A DNA stretch of 64,000 bases, from positions 128,822 to 192,821 of IMG/VR virus record IMGVR_UViG_3300025132_007963, one strand, 5' to 3'. The notes under the pieces were generated by a model. It did no database searches and was not told the origin of the DNA. It saw nothing but the letters and a program-made list of their open reading frames with translations. A program made the position numbers and the translations under genes. The DNA is from a virus. This document shows positions 20,939-30,564 of this stretch, one piece after another. Position 1 is the first letter of the stretch. Every line of letters starts with the position of its first letter.

Positions 20939-21976
20939 TCATAATATCACATCAAATATTTTTTTGCAACAATTTTTATGATCAAATAAGTGTTCTTTTC
21001 TAGCTTTTTTAAATTCTTTTTTTAAATCAGTTTTAGTGAGATATTCTATAGCTGCTGTAAAGTTACCCAAACTACAGTCAGTTTTAAGCTGCACACAGTA
21101 ATCATAATTGTACAAGTACTCATGTGTTACTCTGTATGGTCTCTTAGAACCATTTCTAATCGCTGGCTTTATATCAAAATTAATAACTGGTGTGTCATGC
21201 ATGACGCATTCCTCAATCGTTGTAGATCCAAAATTAATTACAACGTCCGAAACTTCTAAAAGCTCTTGGGTAGTGTGTGGGAACCAAGAGGGGTCTTCAA
21301 AACAGACATCACCTTTTTGAGCTGCTAATTTAGGAAAATCATTCTTTGTATTAATATAAAAATTAACTATTGGATCTTTGCCTCTTGTTTTAAACAGTGT
21401 TGTGTACCCTAAGCTATTTAGATAATCTGATATGTCCCACCAGTTCGAAGCTGCCTCATCCCTACCTTTCGGCATCATCAATAAAGCTCTTTTTCCTTTT
21501 TTGAGTTTGTATTTTTTTAGTATATCTCTACTTTGCAATTTTATATCATATTTTGGTATACCCAAATATAAATTTTTTTTATTTGTAAGATTGTAATATT
21601 CCGCACAGAATTTACTTGGCATTAAGACATGATCAACTTTATCGATATACGCTTTAAAAGATTCTATAAAATCTGTTTGATATGTCGTTGCTATTATTTT
21701 GACGCTTGGATTAATTCTATCTAAAAACTCTACACCTGTTTTTTCATTAATAAATAAAATACCTTCAGCTTTTTGTACTTCGCTAATTGGTCTAATATAT
21801 ACAAAGTTTTCTTGTGCATATTTTTTTAGCTCATCTAGATGTAAAAGTGGGCAGTTGTACTTGTTAGACGCACCAGTATAAAATATGCACTTTAAGCCTC
21901 TTTTTCTAGCTTCCGTAACCAATGGCGCATAGTATCTTAAATGCGTCATTTCTAAAAAAATAAAATTAATATTCAT
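20939..21976 (-). CDS. GT-B fold transferase (CDP-glycerol glycerophosphotransferase / sialyltransferase-like)
   Basis: 'LGIPKYD', 'ELLEVSDVVINFGSTTIEECVMHDTPVI'; follows neuA. Confidence 0.6.
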   Translation of the reverse strand: MNINFIFLEMTHLRYYAPLVTEARKRGLKCIFYTGASNKYNCPLLHLDELKKYAQENFVYIRPISEVQKAEGILFINEKTGVEFLDRINPSVKIIATTYQTDFIESFKAYIDKVDHVLMPSKFCAEYYNLTNKKNLYLGIPKYDIKLQSRDILKKYKLKKGKRALLMMPKGRDEAASNWWDISDYLNSLGYTTLFKTRGKDPIVNFYINTKNDFPKLAAQKGDVCFEDPSWFPHTTQELLEVSDVVINFGSTTIEECVMHDTPVINFDIKPAIRNGSKRPYRVTHEYLYNYDYCVQLKTDCSLGNFTAAIEYLTKTDLKKEFKKARKEHLFDHKNCCKKIFDVIL

Positions 21977-22551
21977 TGCTCATTCACCTTTGAAATAATA
22001 TAATAGCGGCCTTTTGGATCTTTAAACGAAACATAATCTGTTATTTTGATTTTATGGTCGTCAAACATTTGCTTGGTTAATAAATGGTCTGGGTCAGTAA
22101 CAGAATATTTTAATCCAACTTGGTTGTAAAAACTTGGCAAATAACAAACCAGATTGTTAGTTTTCCAACTCATCGTGTTATCTTTTATGTTGCCTGATAC
22201 AAAATCAGAAACAAACACTTTGTTAGATTGCACTGTTTTTCGTATCTGCTTTATAAGATGACTGGAGGATTGTACAAGGTAGGTTAACCTCAAGCACAAA
22301 ACTAAGTCATAATTTTTTATACCCCAGTCATTATGGACATCCCACTTATTTTGGTTTTCTATATCAAAGAAATGGTGTTCACAATTTAAAAACAAACTCT
22401 TTAAACTTTTAAACATTTCAATATTCGTCATGCTTGGATCTTTTGGGTCCTGTTGACCTAGCCAAGCTATCTTTAAATTATTAAATGATTTTAAGTTATT
22501 CCTCAAATACATTCTGTATCTAGGTTTTAAAAAATCATCAGATACCCCCAT
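21973..22551 (-). CDS. Hypothetical protein, possible SAM methyltransferase-like fold
   Basis: 'YDLVLCLRLTYLV....LIKQI' weakly resembles class I MTase motifs. Confidence 0.35.
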   Translation of the reverse strand: MGVSDDFLKPRYRMYLRNNLKSFNNLKIAWLGQQDPKDPSMTNIEMFKSLKSLFLNCEHHFFDIENQNKWDVHNDWGIKNYDLVLCLRLTYLVQSSSHLIKQIRKTVQSNKVFVSDFVSGNIKDNTMSWKTNNLVCYLPSFYNQVGLKYSVTDPDHLLTKQMFDDHKIKITDYVSFKDPKGRYYIISKVNEQ

Positions 22552-23258
22552 TACAGATTATCCATAAAAACAAACTCAATGTCATCTTGATGTTCTTTAA
22601 TAAAATCAACTAGATCTTTTGTATACTTTCGGTCTAAGTAATTTCTGTCCCATTCGCAAGCATGATATACAATTCCACAACTTTCTTTTATTTCTAGGGG
22701 CCTAAAAGGAGGAAAAATTGTTGAGTAGTTTGATTTATATTCTTTGTCTTTTTCCTGATAGGATTTTAGTGCATAATCTATGTCGGTTACTGCAAATAAC
22801 TCAAACCCCTCTTCATTTAGCGCGTCCCATGCATCAGGACCCATTCTCCAGGCAGGTGGCCTAAAAATTGGCTTAAATACGTCTGCCAGGCCTGCTTTGG
22901 CAACTCTACTCTTCATTGACTTAGCTCTACTAATGGCATCGTCATATGTTATATCTAAAAATTCATTATTATCATTTTCCCAAGGTATGCCATGATAATA
23001 ACCGTGATAACAAATCTCATAATTTTTTTGTGGTAGATCTTTCAATGCTTTACAAAAATCAGGATATTTCCATATAACCAAGGGGTCTCTTGTGACGACC
23101 CCATGACGTTGAGTTCTCCAATATGCTATTGGCACAAATAGACTAAACTTGATATTTGGGAATATTTCTATTAACTCTTTACACCTATCCAATACTTTTA
23201 GAGATGCTTTCGGATGAGGTGAAACATCATCAATACTTATATTAACTCTATATTTCAA
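22551..23258 (-). CDS. Polysaccharide deacetylase (NodB/DUF2334-like)
   Basis: 'ISIDDVSP', 'FSLFVP', 'EICYHGYYH', 'FRPPAW'. Confidence 0.8.
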   Translation of the reverse strand: MKYRVNISIDDVSPHPKASLKVLDRCKELIEIFPNIKFSLFVPIAYWRTQRHGVVTRDPLVIWKYPDFCKALKDLPQKNYEICYHGYYHGIPWENDNNEFLDITYDDAISRAKSMKSRVAKAGLADVFKPIFRPPAWRMGPDAWDALNEEGFELFAVTDIDYALKSYQEKDKEYKSNYSTIFPPFRPLEIKESCGIVYHACEWDRNYLDRKYTKDLVDFIKEHQDDIEFVFMDNL

Positions 23259-24169
23259 ATTTTAAGACCATCTAAAAATTTCTTAATCAAGCTATCGAAA
23301 CGATTTCTATCTAAGTCTTGTAAGTACTCTTCTTCCGAGTAATATCTTATGAATTCTTCACCAAAAAGTTTTGAAAATTCCGTCGACATAACTTTTGAAT
23401 CTGCTTTTTTCTTCCATTTATTTAAAAATGATGGATTTTCTTTTCTTATGTAATTGTATTCACCAGGACCTAGTATTTTGCCGTGATTTGGGCAGAAAAG
23501 CACATCTTCAACTCTACCAGACCTAATTGATAGTTCTTTTATACCTAGAGTAGTAGAACAATGTGGACATTTCTTTAAAGTTTCTAAATCTTCATTAGAC
23601 TTTTCTGTAACTCCTAAAGTTTGAAAACATCTACTTAGCTCATCATCAATGTTAAACATAAAGTGCTCAAAACTAATAATGCAATCTCTATCTGGATTAT
23701 AGACTTGTGATAATTCAAACAAAGAAGTCAAAAAGGTAGTCTTAAACCAATTAAAAACAGTGCTGTCTTCCACTCTTCTATTATATCTTTTATCTCCATA
23801 CTCACCCCATTTCTTTATCCATGTGTAATAAAACGAAACTGGGTTACGAAAAATATACAATAAAGGAGTTTCAGGATGAAAATTTTGATGATATACCACT
23901 CTCTTTAAGGGTGGTTTATTAAGAATAAGCCATTCAGTATTGGTAACATTTTTTTTAGGTAATAACTGTTCGTTATTTACTTGAGATGACAAGAAAACTC
24001 CCTGAGACAGGTGCCTCTTAAGATCTCCTTTTGTGGTACCGCCTTGTGATGCAAAAGCTGATTCTTTTAATGCGACTAATTTTTCATGACCATGTAACTT
24101 ATGTAAAATAAGGTGAGAGCCTATGCCACCGCTGGCAGTTATTAATGCTGCTATTTTAGGAGCTGACAT
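23255..24169 (-). CDS. Second sulfotransferase-like / P-loop protein
   Basis: 'TASGGIGSHLI', 'YIFRNPVSFYYTW', 'ISFEHF'; CxxC...C insertion. Confidence 0.5.
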   Translation of the reverse strand: MSAPKIAALITASGGIGSHLILHKLHGHEKLVALKESAFASQGGTTKGDLKRHLSQGVFLSSQVNNEQLLPKKNVTNTEWLILNKPPLKRVVYHQNFHPETPLLYIFRNPVSFYYTWIKKWGEYGDKRYNRRVEDSTVFNWFKTTFLTSLFELSQVYNPDRDCIISFEHFMFNIDDELSRCFQTLGVTEKSNEDLETLKKCPHCSTTLGIKELSIRSGRVEDVLFCPNHGKILGPGEYNYIRKENPSFLNKWKKKADSKVMSTEFSKLFGEEFIRYYSEEEYLQDLDRNRFDSLIKKFLDGLKI

Positions 24170-25064
24170 TTTTTATCCCTTTTATTATTTTTATATACTC
24201 TTCGACTACATCATCATTTGTTTTTTCGTAAGTTAAAACTTTCTGTTTATATTTTTTATATTGCGAGACTATCTTTTTTATCGCACTAATCATTTCTGGA
24301 AATGAATAATAACTAAGACCGTAGTTTTTACAGTAATCATTTATACTTCCACCCTCTTCATGATACACAACCGGGAGGCCGCAGGCTAGTCCCTCTAGCA
24401 CATGGTTTGCGCCAGCCTCTTCTATCGATGCTGTTATATAGATATCATGCTTTGGTAACTCTATGGCTAACTCACTTGCACTAATCGGCTCTATATGATT
24501 TTTAAAATTTATATTATCTGGTTTTCTTCCAACATATGTAAATTCAAAGTCATCTTGTTCATCTAACATTTCATAAAGATGAAATCCTTTTTTTGGATTC
24601 ATAGACCAGTGATGTGTTACCAGTTTAGGTTTATCTGAGACTGTTAAATCTTCAATTTTTGCATCGTGAAAAACACTCATTGGACAATTATATATTACTT
24701 TGCAATTTTTACCCTCAAATCCAATATATTCTTTCGCCCAATCGCTTGGAAATATAAAAAAATTAGAATAATTTAAGGTTTGCTTAACAAGACTGGTTAA
24801 TTCTGGTTTGCTGTGCGTGCCCAAATCTCCAACTCTTTGAATTATTTTGGTACTATTTTTTTGTTTATAGTTGATAAAGTGCTGATACCACTCTCCATGA
24901 GCATTTGGCCTAGGGTCGATGCAAAATATAACGTCTATGTTATCCTCTAGCCTAAAAACAACATCATAGCCTCTTTTTTTCAATGCATCAACCAGCTTAT
25001 TAACGGTCTTTATACCACCGCCCCATGGGCCAATCTTAGGTTCTCTGTTAATGTAAATCTTCAT
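24156..25064 (-). CDS. Glycosyltransferase family 4 (GT-B)
   Basis: 'GPWGGG', 'KKGF', 'DIYITASIEEAGANHVLEGLACGLPV'. Confidence 0.85.
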   Translation of the reverse strand: MKIYINREPKIGPWGGGIKTVNKLVDALKKRGYDVVFRLEDNIDVIFCIDPRPNAHGEWYQHFINYKQKNSTKIIQRVGDLGTHSKPELTSLVKQTLNYSNFFIFPSDWAKEYIGFEGKNCKVIYNCPMSVFHDAKIEDLTVSDKPKLVTHHWSMNPKKGFHLYEMLDEQDDFEFTYVGRKPDNINFKNHIEPISASELAIELPKHDIYITASIEEAGANHVLEGLACGLPVVYHEEGGSINDYCKNYGLSYYSFPEMISAIKKIVSQYKKYKQKVLTYEKTNDDVVEEYIKIIKGIKNVSS

Positions 25065-25974
25065 ATATCTCTGATTCTTTGGCCTTTATCCAATTACCAG
25101 ACATATCAATCGGTAATCTCCAATCAATGCTCTTGGCAATTTCTTCTATGTGTATTGGGCTTTCTCTATCAAACCACTCTTCTGGTAGATTTTCATAATC
25201 GATAATTTCATAGTACTTAACGCCATCACTAGGTGGCTTATACGTGCCAAAACGACGTGATTTTCTAACACGTGCATTCGAACCATCTTCATGAAATATC
25301 CCTATTGAAACGGGTATTGTTGGTGCAGAATAAAATATTCTCTTATTTTTAGTTAAGATTATATTTGCAACTTTTTCTAGCATCTTTGTTTCAGAATCTT
25401 TGCCACCTTCATGTGCATAATTGTCAACATCCCATGGGTAAATCATATCCATAGTTTTTTTAGACACCATACAATTCATTGCACCCATTATTGGGTTTCT
25501 TTGGTAATGATACAAAAACTTAAAATTGTTCTCACCTAGAGTATTAGAATAATTTCCTTGATTGTTTCTAACTCTTCTTTGTGCATCAAATGAAATACAG
25601 CCGGTTGTGTCTTCATAAAACTGTAAAAAATTTACGTATTCCTGAAGCCATTTTCCCCTGACAACAAACTGTACATCAGCTGGTATTGATGCTATAAACT
25701 CACCAGTTGCATTTTCAGATATGATATTTAGAGCCTTAGCATATTCGTTGGGTGGGTCTCTCTCTATTTGACGAAATACAGTGTGTCCTCTGCTCTCTAA
25801 GTTTTCTAAATACTCGGTTGTACCATCTTCAACAGAAGCGTTATCAACAACGATTATTTCCTTATTATTATAATCTTCTGTACACAAAAGAAATGATTCT
25901 ACACAACTCTTTAGATAAAAAAGCCTATTACAATTTACAAAACCAAATGTAACTTTTGGCAGCTCGTCCGACAT
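25048..25974 (-). CDS. Glycosyltransferase family 2
   Basis: 'EIIVVDNASVEDGT', 'YAKALN', 'IPADV'. Confidence 0.75.
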   Translation of the reverse strand: MSDELPKVTFGFVNCNRLFYLKSCVESFLLCTEDYNNKEIIVVDNASVEDGTTEYLENLESRGHTVFRQIERDPPNEYAKALNIISENATGEFIASIPADVQFVVRGKWLQEYVNFLQFYEDTTGCISFDAQRRVRNNQGNYSNTLGENNFKFLYHYQRNPIMGAMNCMVSKKTMDMIYPWDVDNYAHEGGKDSETKMLEKVANIILTKNKRIFYSAPTIPVSIGIFHEDGSNARVRKSRRFGTYKPPSDGVKYYEIIDYENLPEEWFDRESPIHIEEIAKSIDWRLPIDMSGNWIKAKESEIYEDLH

Positions 25975-26020
25975 TATTGTTCTCCTAATATATTAATTTA
26001 ATGGATTATTGAAGCGTGTG

Positions 26021-27097
26021 CTAGATAATCCCTTTTATTATCCTTGCAATTCTTTCACCTGATTTGCCATCCCACAATTTTGGTTTTGCAAAAGGTATGT
26101 CTCTATTAGCATTTAAGGATGTGATACTTCTCTTTATATCTGCATACGTGTCAACCAACCTGTTTGATCCCTCCGAGATCGTAGAAGGCCTTTCTGTATT
26201 TTTACGAAGCGTTAAGCATGGAACGCCCAAAGCAGTAGTCTCTTCTTGTACACCGCCCGAATCTGTTACAACAACATAGCTATTTTTCATCAATGACACA
26301 AACTCAAAATAACCAACTGGCTCTAGAATGTTTATGTTGTCTAAGTTCTCCAATTTTTCTAGTAGTTTAAATTTACCAAAATTGTTTTTTGTTCTTGGGT
26401 GCATGGGAAAATAGACTTTTTTATCGATGCCTTCACATATCCGTACAATTTTATTTAGACCTTCCAGATTATCAACGTTAGAAGGTCTATGAAGAGTTAA
26501 TAGCACATACTCTTCATCTAAAGCCTTGTTTGGTATTTTTTTAGAAATCGTATAGAGAGAATCGATCATTGTATTTCCAACAAAGAAAATACTAGATTTT
26601 TCTTGCCCTTCATTAAGAAGGTTTTTAACAGCTGAACCTTCAGTTACAAAGTGATAATCACTAATTGTGTCAACAATTGTTCTATTTATCTCTTCTGGCA
26701 TTGTTCTATCAAAACTTCTCAGACCAGCTTCAACATGAGCAACTTTTATCCCCAGCTTAACTGCTGCTAGTGCAGCTCCTAAAGTTGAATTAACGTCACC
26801 GTAAACTAAAAGCAAATCAACATTTTTATTCATTAGGTATTTTTCAATACCAGTTATAACTTCTGCGACCTGGGCACCTTGAAATTTAGAGGACTTAATC
26901 TTAAGATTGATGTCTGGCCTAGGCATATCCAATGCTTCAAAAAATATACTTGATAGATTTTTATCGTAGTGTTGACCAGTGTGAATTAAAATTTGCTTAA
27001 CATCGTCACCCATTAAGCTTTCTACTCCTTTTAGAACAGGAGCACATTTAACAAAATTTGGCCTGGCACCAACAACGTGAACTATGTTTTTAGTCAT
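26021..27097 (-). CDS. wecB: UDP-N-acetylglucosamine 2-epimerase
   Basis: 'VVGARPNFVK', 'HTGQHYD', 'GDVNSTL', 'HVEAGLRS', 'TLHRPSNVD', 'TDSGGVQEE'. Confidence 0.95.
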   Translation of the reverse strand: MTKNIVHVVGARPNFVKCAPVLKGVESLMGDDVKQILIHTGQHYDKNLSSIFFEALDMPRPDINLKIKSSKFQGAQVAEVITGIEKYLMNKNVDLLLVYGDVNSTLGAALAAVKLGIKVAHVEAGLRSFDRTMPEEINRTIVDTISDYHFVTEGSAVKNLLNEGQEKSSIFFVGNTMIDSLYTISKKIPNKALDEEYVLLTLHRPSNVDNLEGLNKIVRICEGIDKKVYFPMHPRTKNNFGKFKLLEKLENLDNINILEPVGYFEFVSLMKNSYVVVTDSGGVQEETTALGVPCLTLRKNTERPSTISEGSNRLVDTYADIKRSITSLNANRDIPFAKPKLWDGKSGERIARIIKGII

Positions 27098-28061
27098 GTA
27101 GTATATTATCTCCCGGCTGTAGTCCTATAGTTTGCGCCCAATCATCAGCCCACACTTCAGGAGAATTACCAAAAGACACCCTCCTAATCCACAGTGAGCT
27201 TCGGCCTGATTGTACTAACAAACCTTTGCCGTTTACAGACCATATCTTACCATCGTCTGCAATTGAATTAAAGACCGGACTGGCATCAAAACTTAGAGAT
27301 GTTTCCCATATATGAAGTTTGCCAAATTTTGTATTCAAAAAAGCACCAGGATATGGATGAGTTAATGCCCTAACGTAGTCATTAACTTTGGTTGAGCCCC
27401 AGTTTAAAAAAACTTCTCCGTCTTCTGGTTTCCTTTTGTGATATCTTGTAGCGTACTCGCTGTTTTGTTCTTTGGGTGTAATGTGATTTAGTGCAATTTT
27501 TGGAATTGTTCTTTTTAACATTTCAACAGAAGTTTGATTTACTTTTAAATATGCAGTTCTAATATCATCTCTAGGTTCTATATCAAATGGTTCAAAATCT
27601 AAGATAGCGCCCGTATCGGTTTTTGCCTCCATCACAAAAAGACTATTTCCCCAGGGTACAGTTTTTCCTTCGCTTTCAATTATTTTCCAATTAATAATTG
27701 CGGCTCCTCTGCCAACTGGAAGGGGAGATGGATGAATGCCAATGCAATATTTTTTTGGTATTTCTAAAATACGAGGTTTGAAAATTTGAGACCAACCACA
27801 CTGTAAAATGATATCTGGATCTTTATCTTTTATCCAGTTCATTTCAAAATTGATATCATCGGTGTTAGCAACAATAAACTCGCCGTTCAGATCTTTTAGA
27901 CTATCATAGTTTGATTTTGTTGCTCCCTTTTTAGGACAAAGGGACATTATTCCTGTGATTTCGCATACATCTTTGATTGCATGAATAGCATGCCTAGCTA
28001 AAGGCGTACACCCTATCACAACAACTTTTAAGTTTGGGAGGTCATAATTTTGTTTGCCCAT
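27090..28061 (-). CDS. Formyltransferase (Fmt/ArnA-like, two-domain)
   Basis: 'CGWSQI', 'IGIHPSPLPVGRGAAIINW', 'DTGAI', 'VRALTHPYPGAF'. Confidence 0.88.
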   Translation of the reverse strand: MGKQNYDLPNLKVVVIGCTPLARHAIHAIKDVCEITGIMSLCPKKGATKSNYDSLKDLNGEFIVANTDDINFEMNWIKDKDPDIILQCGWSQIFKPRILEIPKKYCIGIHPSPLPVGRGAAIINWKIIESEGKTVPWGNSLFVMEAKTDTGAILDFEPFDIEPRDDIRTAYLKVNQTSVEMLKRTIPKIALNHITPKEQNSEYATRYHKRKPEDGEVFLNWGSTKVNDYVRALTHPYPGAFLNTKFGKLHIWETSLSFDASPVFNSIADDGKIWSVNGKGLLVQSGRSSLWIRRVSFGNSPEVWADDWAQTIGLQPGDNILHD

Positions 28062-28585
28062 CGATTTGCTATCTCCTTGTGGCCAGCGTTTGTAAAATGC
28101 ACTCCGTCAACATAATGTTCTTCGACGCCAGACATATCACAAATATCTAAATTTAGTTCTACAGATAGCTTCATAATAACATCATTATAAACTTTTATCA
28201 AGTTAGAATTTTTAAAATAAAGTGGTGTTAAGCCTAATTTTGGCAAAGTTGAAATAATGATATGCAACCCATGTATCCTGCAGATATCTATAATTTGCCT
28301 TAAGTTATCTTCATAGATTTCTGGTGGAGTTGCTTTTTGCGTGTCGTTTGTTCCAATCATCAAGAATGCTATTTTTGCTGCCTTGTGAGCAGAGCACGCA
28401 CCCCAGGTTCTTTTTAACAAGTGCACACTAGTTTCACCACTAATTCCATAATTGTGACAAATATAAATCTCTCCAGTTTTCTCTTTCATTATCTTAGATA
28501 ATTCAATAGTAGGAGATCGATCGTATTCATCTCTAGCTCCATAAGTAATTGAGTCGCCCAAGCAAACTATCTCATTCCAAATCAA
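28028..28585 (-). CDS. SGNH/GDSL hydrolase (esterase)
   Basis: 'CLGDSITYG', 'GISGETS', 'IGTND', 'DGVHFTNAGH'. Confidence 0.9.
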   Translation of the reverse strand: MIWNEIVCLGDSITYGARDEYDRSPTIELSKIMKEKTGEIYICHNYGISGETSVHLLKRTWGACSAHKAAKIAFLMIGTNDTQKATPPEIYEDNLRQIIDICRIHGLHIIISTLPKLGLTPLYFKNSNLIKVYNDVIMKLSVELNLDICDMSGVEEHYVDGVHFTNAGHKEIANRWANKIMTSQT

Positions 28586-29616
28586 TTTTCTGTCTCACTT
28601 TCATTTAGTGTTTCATTTACCAGATCCAATATAACATCATTCATGTCTTTAATGCACATGATGTCTTTATATCTTGTAACCAGATTACCATCAACTATTC
28701 TGTATTTTGCTACATCATGATAACTATAGTTTATCATCACTGGATATAGACGGCCTTGCACAGGAGTTGGTATACTTCTATAGTCTTCCTTGCTAAAATT
28801 TCTTTCATATGACGCGTTTATTTTTTCTAGTGTCATATAATAATTGGCCGGCCTACTCTTGGTCAAGTACACAACATCTTGTTCTTGGGTGCTTACAACA
28901 CACGTTAGATTATCGTAATCAAAAAGATCTCTTACTCTAGTTGTAATGTTGCCTAGTTTCTCTACGTAATCATTTCTGACAAAGATTAAGTTTGAACCAG
29001 TACAAGCTACAATTTGATACCCCTTGTTATTTCCCAACTCAACCATTGGCTTAATACCAGCACCACCAGATAGATAAGGTTTTATTTCATCAATGTAATC
29101 TATGTTTGGTGGCACAGTTTGATTGTATTCAATGCAAACACATTTTGGTTTAAATTCTTTAATTGTATCCCATACGTAATAATCATTACCATCTACGTCA
29201 ATAGACAAAAAATCAAAATCTTTACTAACGGTAAATCTATAAGCTTGTTCGGCTTTTTCACTTGTCATGAGTAGAAGCTCATCAAAAGAAACACCTCCTT
29301 CCTCATCCCCTGAGCGTTCGGGGTACGGACTAACAAATGCATTAATACAAATAATTTTATTTTGTTTGTTGTCAGTAAAAGAGTTTGCCAGCTCACTTAG
29401 TTTTGCAAACTGTTCTTGATTATTTTCAATTAATATTGCGTTCCAGTTGTTCTCTGCCCACAAAAAATAAGTGTTAGAATTCCAAACTCCATCAGCGGCG
29501 CCGAATTCTACACACGTACCATGTTCTATTTCTAGTCTTCGAAATATCTCAGATAGTATTCCATTCTCTCCATCTGCAGATGTTTTATTATGTTTATAAT
29601 CATTTAAATTGTCCAT
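28582..29616 (-). CDS. FkbM-like methyltransferase
   Basis: 'GENGIL..IF', 'VEFGAADG..NSNT', 'LSIDVDGNDY'. Confidence 0.75.
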   Translation of the reverse strand: MDNLNDYKHNKTSADGENGILSEIFRRLEIEHGTCVEFGAADGVWNSNTYFLWAENNWNAILIENNQEQFAKLSELANSFTDNKQNKIICINAFVSPYPERSGDEEGGVSFDELLLMTSEKAEQAYRFTVSKDFDFLSIDVDGNDYYVWDTIKEFKPKCVCIEYNQTVPPNIDYIDEIKPYLSGGAGIKPMVELGNNKGYQIVACTGSNLIFVRNDYVEKLGNITTRVRDLFDYDNLTCVVSTQEQDVVYLTKSRPANYYMTLEKINASYERNFSKEDYRSIPTPVQGRLYPVMINYSYHDVAKYRIVDGNLVTRYKDIMCIKDMNDVILDLVNETLNESETEN

Positions 29617-30564
29617 CTAGATCTTGTAATACTCCTTCATCCATTGTACGGTTTCCCAGACACCCTCTTCCAGGGTTACTGTATCTTTGTGATCTAGATC
29701 TTTAACAGATTTTGAATTATCAACTAGTTTGTGTTTTGTTGTTAATATTTCACTATGCTTCTTATATGTAACAAGGCTTGGATCTGCTTTAGTATACTTC
29801 ACAAGCAGCTCTGCTAAATGCTCAATAGTATGTTCTGACTTAGAAGCAATATTGTATATTTCACCATCAATAAAGTTATCTGCTATATTTGCAAGAGTTC
29901 TCACGCTATCATATATATACGTGCTTGTTCTAGAGTGGCCTTTATAGACAGTTATTGGCTTGCCGTTTAGCAAATTATAAGTGAACAAACAATTAACACT
30001 TCTAAAAGGGTGATACCACTCTCCAGGACCGTAAGTATTAAAGAATCTAACCAGCACTGTTTCTGTATTAAATTGTTCTCTGGAGTTATATACCTGCATT
30101 TCGTTAACTCTTTTGCTCATAGCATAATCATTCATTTGCGGAATTGGAGTTTTATCTAGTACATCCTCATACATAACACCCTCGTAGTCTCCATACACCT
30201 CAGAGGAGGAGCAATGCACTAGTTTAAATCCATGCTTCTCTTGTAGCTTGATAATGTTTTTCATTCCAATCGCATTAGACTTCCAGACTTTTTCGTAAAA
30301 GTGTTCACCATTCCATCTACCAAATTCAGCAGCGCAATTATAAACTAAGTCTGGCTTAACGTATTCAACAACTTGTTGTATTTGTCTAAATTCGCCTATG
30401 TCACATCTAAAGTAATCATCATCTTTGATTTTACCCATGCCGTGGCCGTAATTTCTACTTGTATGGAATAAATCTACGCCAAACACTTTATGGCCTCTAA
30501 TCTGGAGTATCTCTTCTAATTTACTGCCAATAACACCTTGAACGCCTGTTACTAAAATTTTCAT
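29617..30564 (-). CDS. NAD-dependent epimerase/dehydratase
   Basis: 'VTGVQGVIGS', 'SSSEVYG', 'YAMSK', 'RFFNTYGPG'. Confidence 0.9.
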   Translation of the reverse strand: MKILVTGVQGVIGSKLEEILQIRGHKVFGVDLFHTSRNYGHGMGKIKDDDYFRCDIGEFRQIQQVVEYVKPDLVYNCAAEFGRWNGEHFYEKVWKSNAIGMKNIIKLQEKHGFKLVHCSSSEVYGDYEGVMYEDVLDKTPIPQMNDYAMSKRVNEMQVYNSREQFNTETVLVRFFNTYGPGEWYHPFRSVNCLFTYNLLNGKPITVYKGHSRTSTYIYDSVRTLANIADNFIDGEIYNIASKSEHTIEHLAELLVKYTKADPSLVTYKKHSEILTTKHKLVDNSKSVKDLDHKDTVTLEEGVWETVQWMKEYYKI

